The notes: a model not told the origin generated them from the sequence alone. 64,000 bases of DNA from the human T2T-CHM13v2.0 reference genome, Homo sapiens (GCF_009914755.1 NC_060939.1); one strand, 5' to 3'; positions 39,654 to 58,860 are shown, counted from the first letter of the stretch. Numbers and translations are program-made.

Positions 39654-42600
39654 AATTCTGAATTAAGGTATATGTGAAGCATCTAGAGGCCAAGAGCAGG
39701 CAGTTATAGTAAACATGGCTGCCAAGCATTCACCCTTTTAAACAGAAACTGTACAAAGATTTCTAAGGAATCACCTCTCCTTAACTCATAGCCAATATGC
39801 TTCACATAGACCTCCCTCCCCATTTACTCTGGCTCAAGGGTGCCCAGGCCTAAGGTAAGCCACACATTTCTCTGGCTGTTGAGCATCACTCAGGGATGCC
39901 ACACGTCACAATCAGAGCTAATGGGATAGAGGGAGATACTTTTGCTGAGACGCTTGGGAAGAAGTCATCACTTTTTCCTCTAGATGTAAGGTCTGGAGTT
40001 GCTATAGCCACTTGTAATCACTGCACAAAACCTCAGGTATCTTATTGCTCTTTCTTCATGACACTCTGATTTTTCTCAGGAAGGCAAGTTATAAGTTTCT
40101 ACTCAATGTTTTCCTTTAATTTGGCATGATCTACACAATACTGAGCAGGAGTGCTTTTATGTTTCTGTCATGGCATAATACCTTTCCCTACTTTTTAACA
40201 CTACGAGTTAGTGTTAAAAATCTGGGTTAGTGTGTGTATAGGTGTGTGTGTGTGTAAATACACACACACACACACACCTACACACACATATATATACATA
40301 TATACACATATATATAGGTTGTCATTTGTCATTCTTTCAGCTGGAACCCAGGATGGGAGACAGTCCTTGAAGAACTATGCTTACTTCATTATCTTTCCCA
40401 GAAGCACTCAAGAGGTGTCACTAATTAAACAAGAATTGAGAGGTGCTGACTGGCAAATTTCTAGTATCTTGTCTAGTTTTCTCAATTCATAACTTAGTTT
40501 TTCCAAAGAAATCATTTTATTCATTTTACTTTGCTAGCTGCATCAAAGCAGTTTTATTCATAACCACGGTACACATTCATTTCTTGAATGTGCACTATTT
40601 CTAGTATTTCTAAGAATACAGCCAAATGATATGACATCTTCATATACCTTGTTCTCTACTCAAGAAAGAAGCTCTCTTATGAAATACTGTCATCTTATTT
40701 ATATGGCAGGATCTGCCAAGTACATTCATATCTTTCACCTTATCTCATTCTTACTGGGTTTTCATAGTTGGTAGAGAAGTTATTCATCCTGTCATTGTGC
40801 ACATGAAGCAAGTGAGACCTAGAGAAATAAGGTGAAGTGTTTTAGGTCATACAAATTTTTAGTGGCAAAAGCAGGGATATCACCCAGGGCTTTTGACTGT
40901 TTAGGGTCAGTGCTTTGTCCATGGACCAAAATATCCAGGTCAAACGGAGGCTGACCTCCTCTTTTCTCTCAATGTCTTCTTCTAAGTCAAATTTTGTGAT
41001 TAAGTAAATACTGTTAAGATATACAGAGACTATAATGCAATCTTGTATTGTCGAGGGGAGATATTTTTGTCTCATAGTACTCAATAAAAACAAAAGTTTA
41101 AGAAATGATATTTATTTGCTTATAGGTATATCTGAACCTTTACACAAACTTCTGTTAGCTAATGTCAGCTGGCCCTTACTTCCTTCCATTAAAGCCAAAA
41201 GAGTTAGGGGTCAGACCCTGACTAGAGACGTGAGTAGAGATTAATGTGTCTGAGTTTATTATATAGGTTCCAAAAAGGGGCCTGTGTTTGTTTAACACTG
41301 ATTGCCTTTTAGAACCAGTGACAAGTCAGAAGATATTTCTCCCTAAAGCTAATTTCTAATAGGTTTTCAGAACCTTGAGGATGAGTGACATCACTGCTGG
41401 TGACAACAGTTTTACTGCTCTGTGATTCAGAATGGTGACTTTCCCTTTACTCTTGTGTTGCTTTTAAACTGATTATCAGCATATTCTAATACAGATATTC
41501 AGGAATATAGCTTTTTCACTTAAAACATCTTATAATACTTAGTCTTTCTAGCATTTATTAAGTGACAAGAATTCACTGCTATTTCCTCTTCCGAAGAATA
41601 CGTGTAAAAAATCTTTTTTTTAAAAAAAGTGAAGGTTATCAGAACATCTCCTCTCCTGCACCATTATTTAGGAAAACACTCATCTGATGGATTATAAAAC
41701 AATACAGCCCAGTCTTTTGCAAATATTATCCTAATGAAATGAAAACGGTAATTGAGGAAAATCTGCTAAATAAGCATTTAAGAACTTAGATGTGGAAATG
41801 GTTCAAAATGCATAAGATAGTGCTTCATGGAAAAGACCATTCATGTTGAAGAGAGCCCACAGAATATATGGGGGCAAGGGGAGGGTTTGACTGTCCCATT
41901 TGGCTTCCACAGGACTAATGTAGACATGAAGGGACCATAGAGAATGTTTACTTTTGATTTAGCTTGAAGTACAGATAATTTGTCCATGAACAGGCCACTG
42001 GCTTCTGTTGGTCTTAACTGTCAGTTATAATCACTTTAAGCCTAAATGTTTATAAGACAAAAGTAAAAGGCCTTATTCATATCAGGCATGTGTAATGAAG
42101 TTTTCTTCAAAAAATACATAGAAGATGTGAAAAATAAGATCTGAAATTTTGTATAGTACATTCTGAGATATTTGTAATTTTACCAGATTTTAAGGTGTTT
42201 TTGTTAGGTCTCCAGGACTAGAGATCTTAGTGAGATATTCATTTCTGTTTATCAAAAGCTAGATTCAATTAGGAAAAACTAAAATTGGTTTTTCATCAAT
42301 ACTGCACAATGCCTGACAAACCTACTTTACCTTAAAGGAGAGTACAGCTGGGCAAAAACAGCATGATTTGTGTGGGCATGAAGTGCCATCCATTCCATCT
42401 TCATAAACCACTTATACACTGGGCCTTAGTTGGCCTAAAAAAGCAGCTGTGACAGTTCCAGACTCTATAATCCCTTTTCTTCTGTTTGTTTGCCCTGATT
42501 TCCATGGTCCCCAGATTTCCAGCTTGGTAACATCCACTCTGATCTTCAGTGCAGGTGATCTTCTAGATTGTTCTCTTAGCTTCTTGGAGTTTGGCTTCAT

Positions 42601-43008
42601 TTTGGAATCCCTGAGGGATCTTGTGAGAACATCCCATTTTAGCCCTTAAACCCACAGACCTGCACTCAAAGATCTGCATAGTGTTGGAGTGGGTGAGACT
42701 AAGTCATTGTCTCCCCCAATGATGGATGAGAATTTTACTGTTCAAGGAGAGGTAAATTATTTCTCAGCAGTATCCCAGTTTTTGGATATTATGTCCTGGG
42801 ATATTCTGAGAAAGCCAAACTGTATCCAGTGACAACATCATTCATCAGGGTTTAAGGTGAGCACAAACAGGCATGATGTTCTGTCAGGTATTCTGTCTAA
42901 AAAGCCAAAGTACCTGTGCTCTGGGAACTCTGAGCACCTGTGATGTGCAAGGTTAAGGAAGACCAAGCCCCTGTTCTAGAGGCATTACAGTCTAATAGGG
43001 GCTGGTGG

Positions 43009-43495
43009 GTGTATCAGTTTCCTATTGCTGCTGGAATAATTACCACAGGCTAGTGGCTCAAACAATAAAACATTTAATATTTTACAGTTCTGAAAGCCAG
43101 AAATTCAAAACAGATCTCACTAGGCTAAAATCAAGGTGTCACAAGAGCTGTGTTCCTTTTGGAGGATCCAGGGAAGAATCTGTTTCCTTGGCTTTTCCAC
43201 CTTCTAGAATATGCCTGAATTCCTTGGCTTATGGCCCCTTATTGCAGCTTCAAAGCCAGCAACAGAGCATCTTCAAATCTCTTTCTAACGCTGACTTTCT
43301 TGCCTCCCGTCTTTATTTATAAGGACCCTTGTAATTACATTGTGATTACCCTGAATTATCCAGAATAATCTCACCATCTCAAGATCCTTAACTTAATTGT
43401 ATCTGCAAGATCCCTTAAGCCAAGCAAGGTAATATTCACAGGTTCTGGAGATTCAAATATAGATACTGTTGTAGGAACTTTATTATGCCTACTCC
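43009..43495 (-). mobile_element. MaLR solo LTR (MLT1C/D-like)
   Basis: tgtatcagtttcctattgctgct...tataaggacccttgtaattacattg...gcctact. Confidence 0.85.
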
Positions 43496-43509
43496 AGAGA
43501 ACCTAGTCG

Positions 43510-44900
43510 TTCATGATTCATTCATTCAACAAATATTCACTGATGGCCAACTATGTGGCAAGCCCTATTCTAGGACCTGGAGTTCAGCAGTAAAATCTAT
43601 GACCTTTTTCTCATAAAGCTTACATTTTAGTGCAGGAAGATATAAACGAACAAATATATAATATGTAACGTATGGTGTGACAGAGGAGCAAGGGACATGG
43701 CTAGGAAATGAAGAAGTAGGAATGTGTGTGAAGCTACTTTACATAGGGTGGTTGGGGAAGCCATTTCTAAGGCATTATTTAAGCAAAATTCTACAGAAAG
43801 TGAGGAAGAAAGCCATGTGGACACCTGGGGGAAGGGTGTTTCAGGTAAAAGAGCAGAAGATCCCAAGGCTTGGAGCCAGGAGCGTGCATGACAAGTTCAA
43901 CAAACAGCAAGAAGGCCAGTGTGGCTAGAGCGGGTTGAGTAAGTGGAAGAGTAATAGGACATGAGGTCAGGGAGGGAGCAGAGAAGATCAGGTAGAGTCT
44001 TGGAAACCATTATAAAACTTTTACTGAGTGACATGGGAAGCCATTGTAAGGTTTTGAGCACAGAAGTGATATACTCTGACTTCATTTGAACAATGAGCAC
44101 TACAGCTACTGGGTTGAAAACTCTTTAGAACAGCCAAGGCAGAAGCAGGAAGACCAACTAGGAGGCTGCTTTAATCATCCAAGTGAGAAATAATGGTATA
44201 TGAATCAGGATGGTAGCCATGGATGTGGGAAGTGATTGGATTCTGAAAATATTCAGACGGGCAAGCCAACAGATTTCCTGATAAATTGGATGTGGGTGTG
44301 AGAAAGAGGAGTGAAAAATGGCTCAATGCTCTTTGCTTGAGTAACTGGAAGACTGTGGTTGCCATTTACAGAAATGGGGAAGAAAGTGAAGAGCGCATGT
44401 CTCAGGAGGAAAACCAGGAATTCAGTTTTGAACTGGTTAAATGTGAGATGCCTATTATACATCACAGTGGAGACAGTGGATTGGAAGTTGTGTGAAATAA
44501 GCTTCCCAAGCATAGGGATTTTTGTCTCTTTTGTTTCACAGGTATATCCCCAGGGCTTAGAACAGTGTCTCATATACAGTAGCTATTCAATACATATGTG
44601 TTGAATGGCTGAATAAATACACAAGCCCAAATTCAGAGGAGGAGTCTCGGCTTGAGATATTTGGAAGCCATCAACACAGAGATGGTATTTAAAACTAGAA
44701 ACTTATTCTAGTGAGTCTAGAGTCTGAGGATTGATCCTTGGGATACCCCAAAGTTTAGAACCAGGAGAGATGAAAAGAAACCAGCAAAGGAAACTAAAAA
44801 ATAGTCACCAGTAGGGTAAGAAGGAAACCAGGAGAGTATGGTGCCCTAGAAGCAAAGCAAAGATAGCTTCAAGGAGGAGAAAGTAATCAATAACAAAGTT
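43510..44900 (-). mobile_element. Long L2 fragment with a nested oppositely oriented L2 end (~44490-44620)
   Basis: cattcattcaacaaatatt...; gaaggccagtgtggctagag; gccattgtaaggttttgagca. Confidence 0.8.
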
Positions 44901-44929
44901 TACCTACAAATAAACATGAGGACTAAAAA

Positions 44930-45800
44930 CAGGAGAAAATATACACAAATGACTTAAGTCTTATTTTTAGATCATAAAAACTAATTCCACACGCTTAAGA
45001 TGGGAAGAGGGTAAGTAACAGGGAATGGAATACAGTTTGTCAACAATAAGTGGGAAAAAAGACTTAGCAAATTAGGTGCCTACCAGTTCAAATGAGAAAA
45101 CAGCACTGCTTGATCACCAAAGAATATAAGTCAATTTTGACTAACAGGAGTACAATGTACACAACAAGGAAGGTTTAGTTCTGCTCCAGTGCACTGTATG
45201 ACTATTCTGGAAGTACTGTGTCCAGCACTGGGTGCAGCGCTAATTCAGCACACAGAGGTATCAAAGTTCCCAAGTAAAGTGATCCCTGTGGTAAAAGTGT
45301 CTGGAAATAATGTCACCCAAGGAATATTTGAAGGAATTGGGAAGTTTAGCTCAGAACTGAAGGACACAAAGGCTGTCTTCAAACTGAAGAAGTATTTATT
45401 TATGACCCCACGGGAGACACGTTACTAGAAAGCATATATGAAATAAATCTATGGAAAATTTTCTAGGGCTAGGTGTGGTGGTACACGCCTATAGTCCCAG
45501 CTGCTTAGGAGGCTGAGGCAGGAGCATCACTGGAGCCTAGGAGTTCAAGGCTGCAGTGAGCTATCATCGCCTCACTGCACTCCAGCCTGGGTAACACAGT
45601 GAGATCCTATCTCTGAAAAAAAAAATTCTAATAATGAGAACATCTAAAAGTGAAGTGGGCCGTTTGGTGTGGTATGACTTCTTCTTCATCCTGGAAGAGG
45701 TGGAAGGTCACATCCACTGTAGTAGCAGAGGGCATTTAAGACTCAGCTGGGCATGAGCCTGGATGATGTCTAAGATTCTGTTCAATTCTGGGATGTTACA
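44930..45800 (+). mobile_element. L3/CR1 fragment interrupted by an Alu monomer (45467-45625)
   Basis: ctggaagtactgtgtccagcactggg, gaattgggaagtttagc, gctgtcttcaaa are CR1-like motifs. Confidence 0.6.
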
Positions 45801-45836
45801 ACAGATGTAAATCTACTTTGAAAATTACAGTCAGTC

Positions 45837-46129
<293 letters not shown>

Positions 46130-46360
46130 TTACAGTCAGTCTCTGTCACAGACACACACACATACAGCACACCCTCCCTCTCTGACCTTTTATGTTATTT
46201 ATATAGTAAGATGTGGACAATAGCTTGTTTAATGCAAATCTAATTTGGAGCTCTGTTGAAGAAAATGGGGATGACTTAATGGAGAGCTGAGGGTAAAAGA
46301 AAAGTCAAGGTGGAACGTATGTATGTGTAAGCAATCTAAGACAGTCAGGACATTTGGTTA

Positions 46361-46997
<637 letters not shown>

Positions 46998-47089
46998 GAA
47001 CAGTAAAAATAAAGGGAAAATTAAAAAGTGAGAACATTAGGTAGGACAGGCTCAGATACCTGGGAGAATTTCCAGTTACCTGATGATGA

Positions 47090-47410
<321 letters not shown>

Positions 47411-48039
47411 AAAGAGGAACTCTTGAGAAGGGAACCTTCCTGAAAGGAGAAGTAACAGATGATGAAAACGGAATGGACAGTCTTGCTGTTTGGGATCAAC
47501 AACCTGGAAGAGGCTGAAGAAAGAGCAAGACCAGAGGACACCAATAAGAATGGAAGGTAAAGGACAAGGCCACTAAGAAGAAGAAACTCTGGACCCTGGC
47601 AAAGGTCTGAATGGAGACACAACAAAGTGGAAGAGTAAAGAGGTGACAGGCTCAGGACAATCTTAGGAAAACGAAGGGTGAATGGATGAAGGGGCAGTGA
47701 GGAGCCTATGAGGTGAGAAGGCAGGCAGCTCTGGGTGACTGACAACAAGATATGCTCCTAGATCTTGGAACTGCAGGCTGGGGCTGTTGTCCAGTACTGC
47801 CTCTCAGATGGGACACTTTTGACCTCTCTAGCTTCAGTTTTCTCATACTGTAAACAGCAAAGGACCCTGTGCTGACACACTGGTTTGGCTAGTTGATACT
47901 TTGGGGCTCTCTTTACAGTTTGGAAGTTGGGCTGAAGGAGCTCTGCCAGAGGCTATGTTGTGTTGCCAAGTAAAGGTAATTGCTTCTGCTGGGAGGGTAA
48001 CTGGGAGGAAAAAACTGTCATATCAGGTGCTGCATTAAG

Positions 48040-48650
48040 ATTCCAGTACCCTCCTAAATGATCTTTCTGGCTTCCACTCTTGCTTCTCTAATCCATTTTT
48101 CACAGAGTAAACAGATGCTTTTTTACTTTTTAAGCCACTCTCCTGTTTAAAATCCTCCAGTGGCTTCCACTCACACTTAAGAGCAGAATTCAGATTTCTC
48201 ACCTTTCTGTCCTCATCTCCTGGCCTTTACTTATTGACTTCAACTTCTACCACTTTCTTTCTGGCTCTTCACATTCCAATATATCACTTTCTCTGTTTCT
48301 GGAACATCCACTTCAAGGTCTTGCCATTCTTCTCAACTAGAATACCCTTTGCTTGGGTCTTTACATGCCTGGTTCCGTCTTAGCTTGTCATCTCCCCAGA
48401 GAGGCCGTTCCTGACCACTTCGTCTGCAGAAGCCCTTGACCAAGACATTCGGCTATATTACCAGGCTTTATTTTCTCATGTCACTAGCTAAAATAATCTT
48501 ATTTGTATATTGGTTGATTGTTTTTTCCCCATTAGACTGTAAATTTCATCAGAGTGGTATCTTGTTCATCAATCGATCCCCAGTACCTTGACAAGGTCTG
48601 GGACATAGCACATACTCAGTAAATAGGTATGAGTAAATATTTGCCAAAGA
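48040..48650 (+). mobile_element. L2 3' fragment
   Basis: ttaaaatcctccagtggcttcc...ttagactgtaa...gtaaatatttg. Confidence 0.75.
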
Positions 48651-49608
48651 AATAGAAGGAAGAAAGGGAGAACTGATCTTAGCAAGGCATGCCAAAGGAA
48701 TGAAGGCCTTGGATGCCTATTTCCTAACTCAGAGAAAGAAGAACATGAGATGTGGGCAGTCCTTCTTCTTATGTATAGAATAGGCCCAGGAAATGGGATT
48801 CCGACATAGGCCAATGATCGTTCACTAGTATTTGCTAGCTCTACCAATGAACAGCTGTTTCTCAAGTTCTTATTTTGTTTTGTTTCAGGTGCTATGTGCC
48901 TGACGGGAAGCTGCTAGGATATTTAGCTTCTTTCTCTAGGTAAATACTTTTAACTCTAGACACAAACCATGTATACAAGGAAAGAGAAATAATGAACTGC
49001 ACGTTGACAAATACCAAGTAAGTGGCATAAATGGTATGTTCCATCTCATATTTCAGAGGAAAACATCCCTTTGATGGAATCAAATAGGACTGGATTGGAT
49101 TCTGGGAAAGAAAAGTCAAAGATGACTAAGGCTTTGGGTCTTAAAATCTACTCAGATTGCTGGAATCATGAGCAGAATAAGGCAGTCAGGAGGGACAGCC
49201 AACTTTGGGTGAAAGCCAATGAGCTCAGGATCTAACATATTAAATATAAGTTCCTGGTAGAAATTGCCAGTAGGAATTCCAGGAGGAAATGTCTATCATG
49301 GCCTTGTTATGAATATGGTTTGGGCCTTAACCTTACTTGCTGTGGCTTGATTTACCTTTCCTGCCTATCTCCTTTTAATTTTTAATTAAAAAAATAACAT
49401 ATATATACTTCTATAAGCTATCTCAAGTTTTTGGAACAAAATGTGTTATAATGAATACAAGAATATGTAAAAAATAGCATCTTAGACAAGAAGTAAGAGT
49501 GACAGATGTTAGCCCCCATTTACTCCTGTCATGTCCAACCCTGTGAGGGAAGAAGTAACACATTCATTTTCATATGTGAACAACAGGCTTTGAAAACCTA
49601 AAGAACCA

Positions 49609-49875
49609 GGGCTAGGCATGGTGGCTCACGCCTGCAATCCCAACACTCTGGGAGGCTGATGCAGGAAGATCACTTGAGCCCAGGAGTTCGACACCAGCCT
49701 GGGCAACATAGGGAGAGCTCGTCTACACACACACACACACACAAAGCAAAATCAGAGAATTAGTGGAACGCAGCAGTGCATCCCTGTAGTCTCAGCTACT
49801 TGGGAAGCTGAGGTTGGAGGATAGATTGAGCCTGGAGGATTGAGGCTGCAGTAAGCCGTGATCACTCTTCTGCAC
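49609..49875 (+). mobile_element. AluJ, 3'-truncated, with (CA)n in the linker
   Basis: Alu left arm, tctac(ac)n, partial right arm. Confidence 0.85.
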
Positions 49876-50717
49876 GCTGCCACAGGTCACAGAACTGAGA
49901 AAGCTGAAACTGAGCCCACATCTTTCTGACTTCCTAACCTTTGCTCTTCAACATAATATTACACACAGTTTTCCTCTTGAGATCCTGCCTTCTCAGTCTC
50001 CTAGAGCCAGTGAGAATCTGGCTGCAAATGTATCCTGGACACATTCTGCTCCTCTAAACCCTGCATGTTGAGGCCATCATCCCTTGTCCCCTGTGAGAAT
50101 GGTAAGTCAGTGGAGACTGTCCTAAACTTTGGCCCTACGAGCTGGGGCCCAGCCAGTTCCCTTTCTGCCTAGCACATAGTGAGCACTCATGTGAACTGTA
50201 CCAATGAAGTTGTCATCTTTCCATTCCTTCAAGTAACTAGGGCTTTATGTCAGCTGGGATGGATCTTTCGGAAGTCCCTCTATTAGCACTTTGCCATTGT
50301 GAGTACAGAGACACCCCAGAAGTTCCTGCTTCTGTATTCTTCCCATTCTCTAGATCTGAAGGATAAGGACAGTCACTCCTCCTTATTAGTCTAGTGGCTG
50401 TTTTAACTCCTTTGACAGCGTGAGCAGGACTCTTGAATGCTTGTAGGGAGATAGCCCACATGAAATACTCAGCTCAGGGTGTATCAAAGGTGCTTAACAA
50501 ATGTTACTTCTTTTAGTTCCACTTGCCTAGTCCTGTTACATTCACTTCATTGCCTATCTCCCAATACCAACAAACCCTTTGTCCAAAGACAGTAGCTAAT
50601 GACAACAAAATATTTAGGAATGGGCTGACAGTATCAAATAAGAGACTGCAGAGAGAATAGAAGGCAGCTGAGAACAGGAGACTGGGAACTCATTTATCTT
50701 TAGGGTAGGGTGGAAAG

Positions 50718-51255
50718 TAGCAGGCTATATTTTTCAAGTATAACCACAGCAACATTTCTGGTCCCCTATGCTCTTCTAGAACCTTCATCCTCCCCAGGAA
50801 GAGGCAAAGTCTATTTCTCCTTTTTTTGAAGCTGGATGGAACTTCATGACTGCCTTGGTGAATAGAATGTAGTGCAAGTGATGCTGTGTGATTTCTGAGG
50901 CTGAGTCATAAAAGGTGATATGGTTTCTAGCTGCTCTCTCACTGCCAGGATGCTTGTTCTTGGAACACAGCCACCATGCTGTGAGGAAGCCAATTAAGCC
51001 TATGCAGAGACCCCACATGGAAAGACCCCTGGCTGACAGCCAGCATCTACCACAGATGTGTGAATAAGCACTCAGATGATTCCAACCACCAGCCTTCAAG
51101 TCTTCTGAGGCCCCAGACATTGTGGAACAAAGATAACCCATCCTCTCCGTACCTTAAAAGAATTCCTGACCCACAGAATCTGTGAGATTAATAGATGGTT
51201 GTTTTATGCCACTAAATTTTAGGGTAATTTGTTGCAGTTATTGTAACCGTAACAA
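50718..51255 (+). mobile_element. MaLR LTR (MLT1 family)
   Basis: gatttctgaggctgagtcataaaagg...ccatgctgtgaggaagcc...gccactaaattttagggtaatttgtt...aaca. Confidence 0.8.
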
Positions 51256-51854
51256 GAAGAAAAGCAAAGGAAAATATGAGGTACCGTGAGACCAGGGGAG
51301 TTCAGGAAGAAGAGTAGGTTCATATTAGTCTGCATGTTGCCAAGGAGCAAGTAGGCCTTATACTAATAGGTAGCACTAGGGAGACAGATTTCAGCTTGGT
51401 ATAAGGAGAGATGGTTTAAGCAACAACAACTCAAGCTCCCCTTAGTTAAGTAACGAATTTCCTGTCACTGGAGGTGTTCAACAGAGACAGAGAGGCTTAC
51501 TGAAAAGATTCAAACCTGACTGGAAGACCAGATAGGGGACTTTAAGTTTCCTTTCAATCAACAGAATGTGGCAGTAGATTAGATCTGGGGTATCAGGAGG
51601 AGAGATTAGAGATGATGAGGTTTGGAGCTTGATGCCTGAGAGACTGGTGATACCATACACAAAAAGAGTGTCTATGGGAGGGTTTTTCAAAACATTCTTC
51701 TTTCCATTCCTTTCGTCTCTTACCTGGACAACTGTTAATGCCCCTTGCACTTCCCACCTTCTAATACATTCTTCACACGACACTTGACCAGTGCTCCCAA
51801 ATATGGTTCTTAGCAGGTCACTTCCTTGCTCAAAGGCTTTAAAAATTCATTTTA

Positions 51855-55057
<3,203 letters not shown>

Positions 55058-56208
55058 TAAAAAGGTTTTAATGACGCTATTGCCGTTACCACATCTCAGC
55101 AAATTATTTTATGTAGTTCACAAAGTCTTTTTATATTTACGATCTCATTTGAGCCTCATAAGGATCTGCAAGCATTAAAATACCACCATATATATCTCAA
55201 AGTTCAGTTAAGGTACTCTATTCTTTGTATTTTTCTCCTTTATGTCTTTGCTTATGCTATTTTCTTGGTCCACCTTTTTCTCAACTCTACATGTTCTAAT
55301 CTTTTCCATCTTTCAAGGGCCATGTTAAATTTTAGCTGCTCTAAAAAACAGCTAATCCCCACAGACAAGTAACCGTCATTTCTCCCTCCTCTGAACTCCA
55401 TCAATGACAATGGTGATAATAGTGACCAACATTTATGAAGCATTTACTATGTACCAGGCAGCATGTTAAGTGCTTTTGTTATCTTCTGTCCTCTTGATCA
55501 CTCTCTGTCTTGTACTGTAGATAGTTGTATAGGCATCTTTTTCCCCCTACAAGCTTACAGAGTCCTTAGACAAAATTGATGTCTTAGCCATTACTGCTTT
55601 CTCCCAATCCTAGCACAGGGCCTGGCACAGAGCAAGTGCTACATAAATATTTGTTCAATGAATGAATAGGCAGGCGGGCAGAGTTAACATTTACCTTTGC
55701 TTGAACAAATGGTTTTCAAGCACCCTTAAACACTTGAAAAGCACTCATTTATAGCCACATAATAAATAGACTAAATCACAAATCATTCTTATCTTTTCAT
55801 GACACAGGTTTCCAGAACTTTGGCTAGAACACATTTTGTTATTGTCATCTATGGATGTGAAAATGAAAAACACAAATATATATAACATCAAACTTGTTTT
55901 TGTATACAAATATTCTTGAATTCACAAGTCTTTTCCAACCAATCAGAATTATCCAGGTTTTATAAGTTCCTCTCTTCAGTGTAGTTGTAAGGATTGCAAA
56001 CTCTTTTACTGTGGGTCCACTGCTTCCTGGCTTTGTTGCCATAGTGCCTAGCACAGTTAGGAATACTGTAAATGATTACTGATTAAGTTAACAGCCCATG
56101 TTGGTTTCAATTTATAATCACTCATTATTATGCTGATCCTATTAGTTCTGCTAAGGAGTCAGCACCTTAAGGGGGACCCAATGAGCCTCAACCAATTACA
56201 GCAATTGA

Positions 56209-56593
<385 letters not shown>

Positions 56594-56806
56594 AGAAATA
56601 GGCATTTCTGAGAGTCCCATTACAGACTATTGAATTTTGCTGAAGTGATTAAGAATCATTTGTTAACAATATTAAAATTCTGAAGCAATTCTGACATAAA
56701 ATCAATCCTTTCATCAGAGGATCACGATTTCAATTTTTACTTAAAGAAATGCAAGTTCATTGTTCAAAACTAAGCCTGGTACAAGTCATCAGCTATTGCT
56801 TTTCTA

Positions 56807-57214
<408 letters not shown>

Positions 57215-58147
57215 TTAGAAGATTAAGGGCACAATAGGAGAGTAGTGCAAAGGCAGACTAGCGGTAATCACCATCACAAAGGCTGGGCCACCAGCAGACT
57301 GCAGTGTTTACTCAAAGCCTGGAGATATCAATTAGTCCCCTTAATTATCTCAGGCTCTGCCATCACAAGAGGCAATTTTTGAAGCCCTCTCTAGCTCCTC
57401 TTCCTCTTTCATTCCTGTCACAAAAGGGCTAGGAGGACAAAGCCTTCCTTGACTCTGGTTCTGGCTAGCTTCTGGTAGCCAAAATAGACATTATGTGAAT
57501 TACTCCAATAAAGCAAAAACCACACTACCTTTCCTCTTAGACATGGCTATGACCTATAGCAGAAACTCTATTTAATGCATGCAACAAAATGCTTGTCACT
57601 GTCATTTATAGCTTAGAAATATAATTTTCATGAAGAAATAAGCAGGAGAAAACAATCTGTAAATATCAGAAGTAAATGAATCTGAGGAGGTAGAAAAAAC
57701 TCCCTGTATTCCTGTGGTCTGGTGGTGTTCAGGAAATGTTGGGAGACTGAAGGATGAGAGGAAGAACAACAATAAGGGGTCATTTTTCTCAGCTCTTTCA
57801 GAGAAGTAGCTTACACTGATACTGCAAATAATTTCCTAGGTAAATTAAGCCAGGAAACCACCTGGACCTTCTTTCTAGAATAATCTGTTTTTGTAGTAAG
57901 TCCTACTAACAGAAGTTTGCTAAGCAATTGAGGTTAGAGAAGGAAATTATAATGGAGATAAATAGATTAAGAATTCTTAAAAACCATCAAGAGTAAATCA
58001 CTGTTTAAAATCCAGTTGTATGTGTACACAGAAGGAATTATATTTCATATACATAATAAAATAAATTATATAGTAATTAAAAATTTTAAATAAAATGTAT
58101 CAGATGTGTAAACATGTAATTTATCAGATGTATAAATATATAATAAA

Positions 58148-58433
58148 TATAAAATTTTGAGTGGTAGACAGTATAGTTTCCAAGTTTGAGAATATAAGCA
58201 GTTTTTCTTAGTGGAAATATAAGTTTGGTCCTAGGCATGCCTGAAGATTATCCAAGTAGACCAAAGTTTACACATATATGTATATGTATATGATATGTAT
58301 ATGTATATGATAATCTTATATCATATATAACAACCCTTAGGCATGTCTAGGACCAAACTCATATTTCCACTCTGAAGAACTGTTTATATTTCCTAATTTG
58401 AAGACTGTGCTATCTACCATTCAAAATTTTATA
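58148..58433. repeat. Imperfect inverted repeat (~95-bp arms, ~95-bp TA-rich loop)
   Basis: Arms 58148-58242 and 58339-58433 are ungapped reverse complements with ~16 mismatches by hand count. Confidence 0.9.
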
Positions 58434-58860
58434 GTCAGAAACCTGGGAGTCATTCTAGATGCTTCCCTTCCTTTCACCCCCCACATCATGAAACCCTATG
58501 CCATCTCCCCTACATTTGTTCTACTCCCTCGTAATGTATTTGCTCATCTCTATTTTCATTGACCTTACTGGCCCTCAACATGTCTCAGTTGGATTATGCA
58601 AGAGCTTCTTTACTAATCCTTCTGCCTCTAGGCTTGTGCCATTCCAGTCATCTCTGTGCTTCTTAGGAGTGATCATTCTGTAACAGAAATTTGATCCTGT
58701 CCTCCCTCTCAAGCAACTTTAGCAGCCTTTGACAGCTCTAGTCTAGCTCTTGTAGCCCTTTGCACCTCCCAAGAACTAACATTTATGGAGCTCATTTAAT
58801 ACCTCATCTCCTGCTGCTCTCCACATTTACCCAATTGCACAGCTACATCAAACTAAACAT
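58335..58860 (+). mobile_element. L2 fragment
   Basis: cagaaacctgggagtcattctagatgcttcccttcctttcacccccca, L2 signature. Confidence 0.75.
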
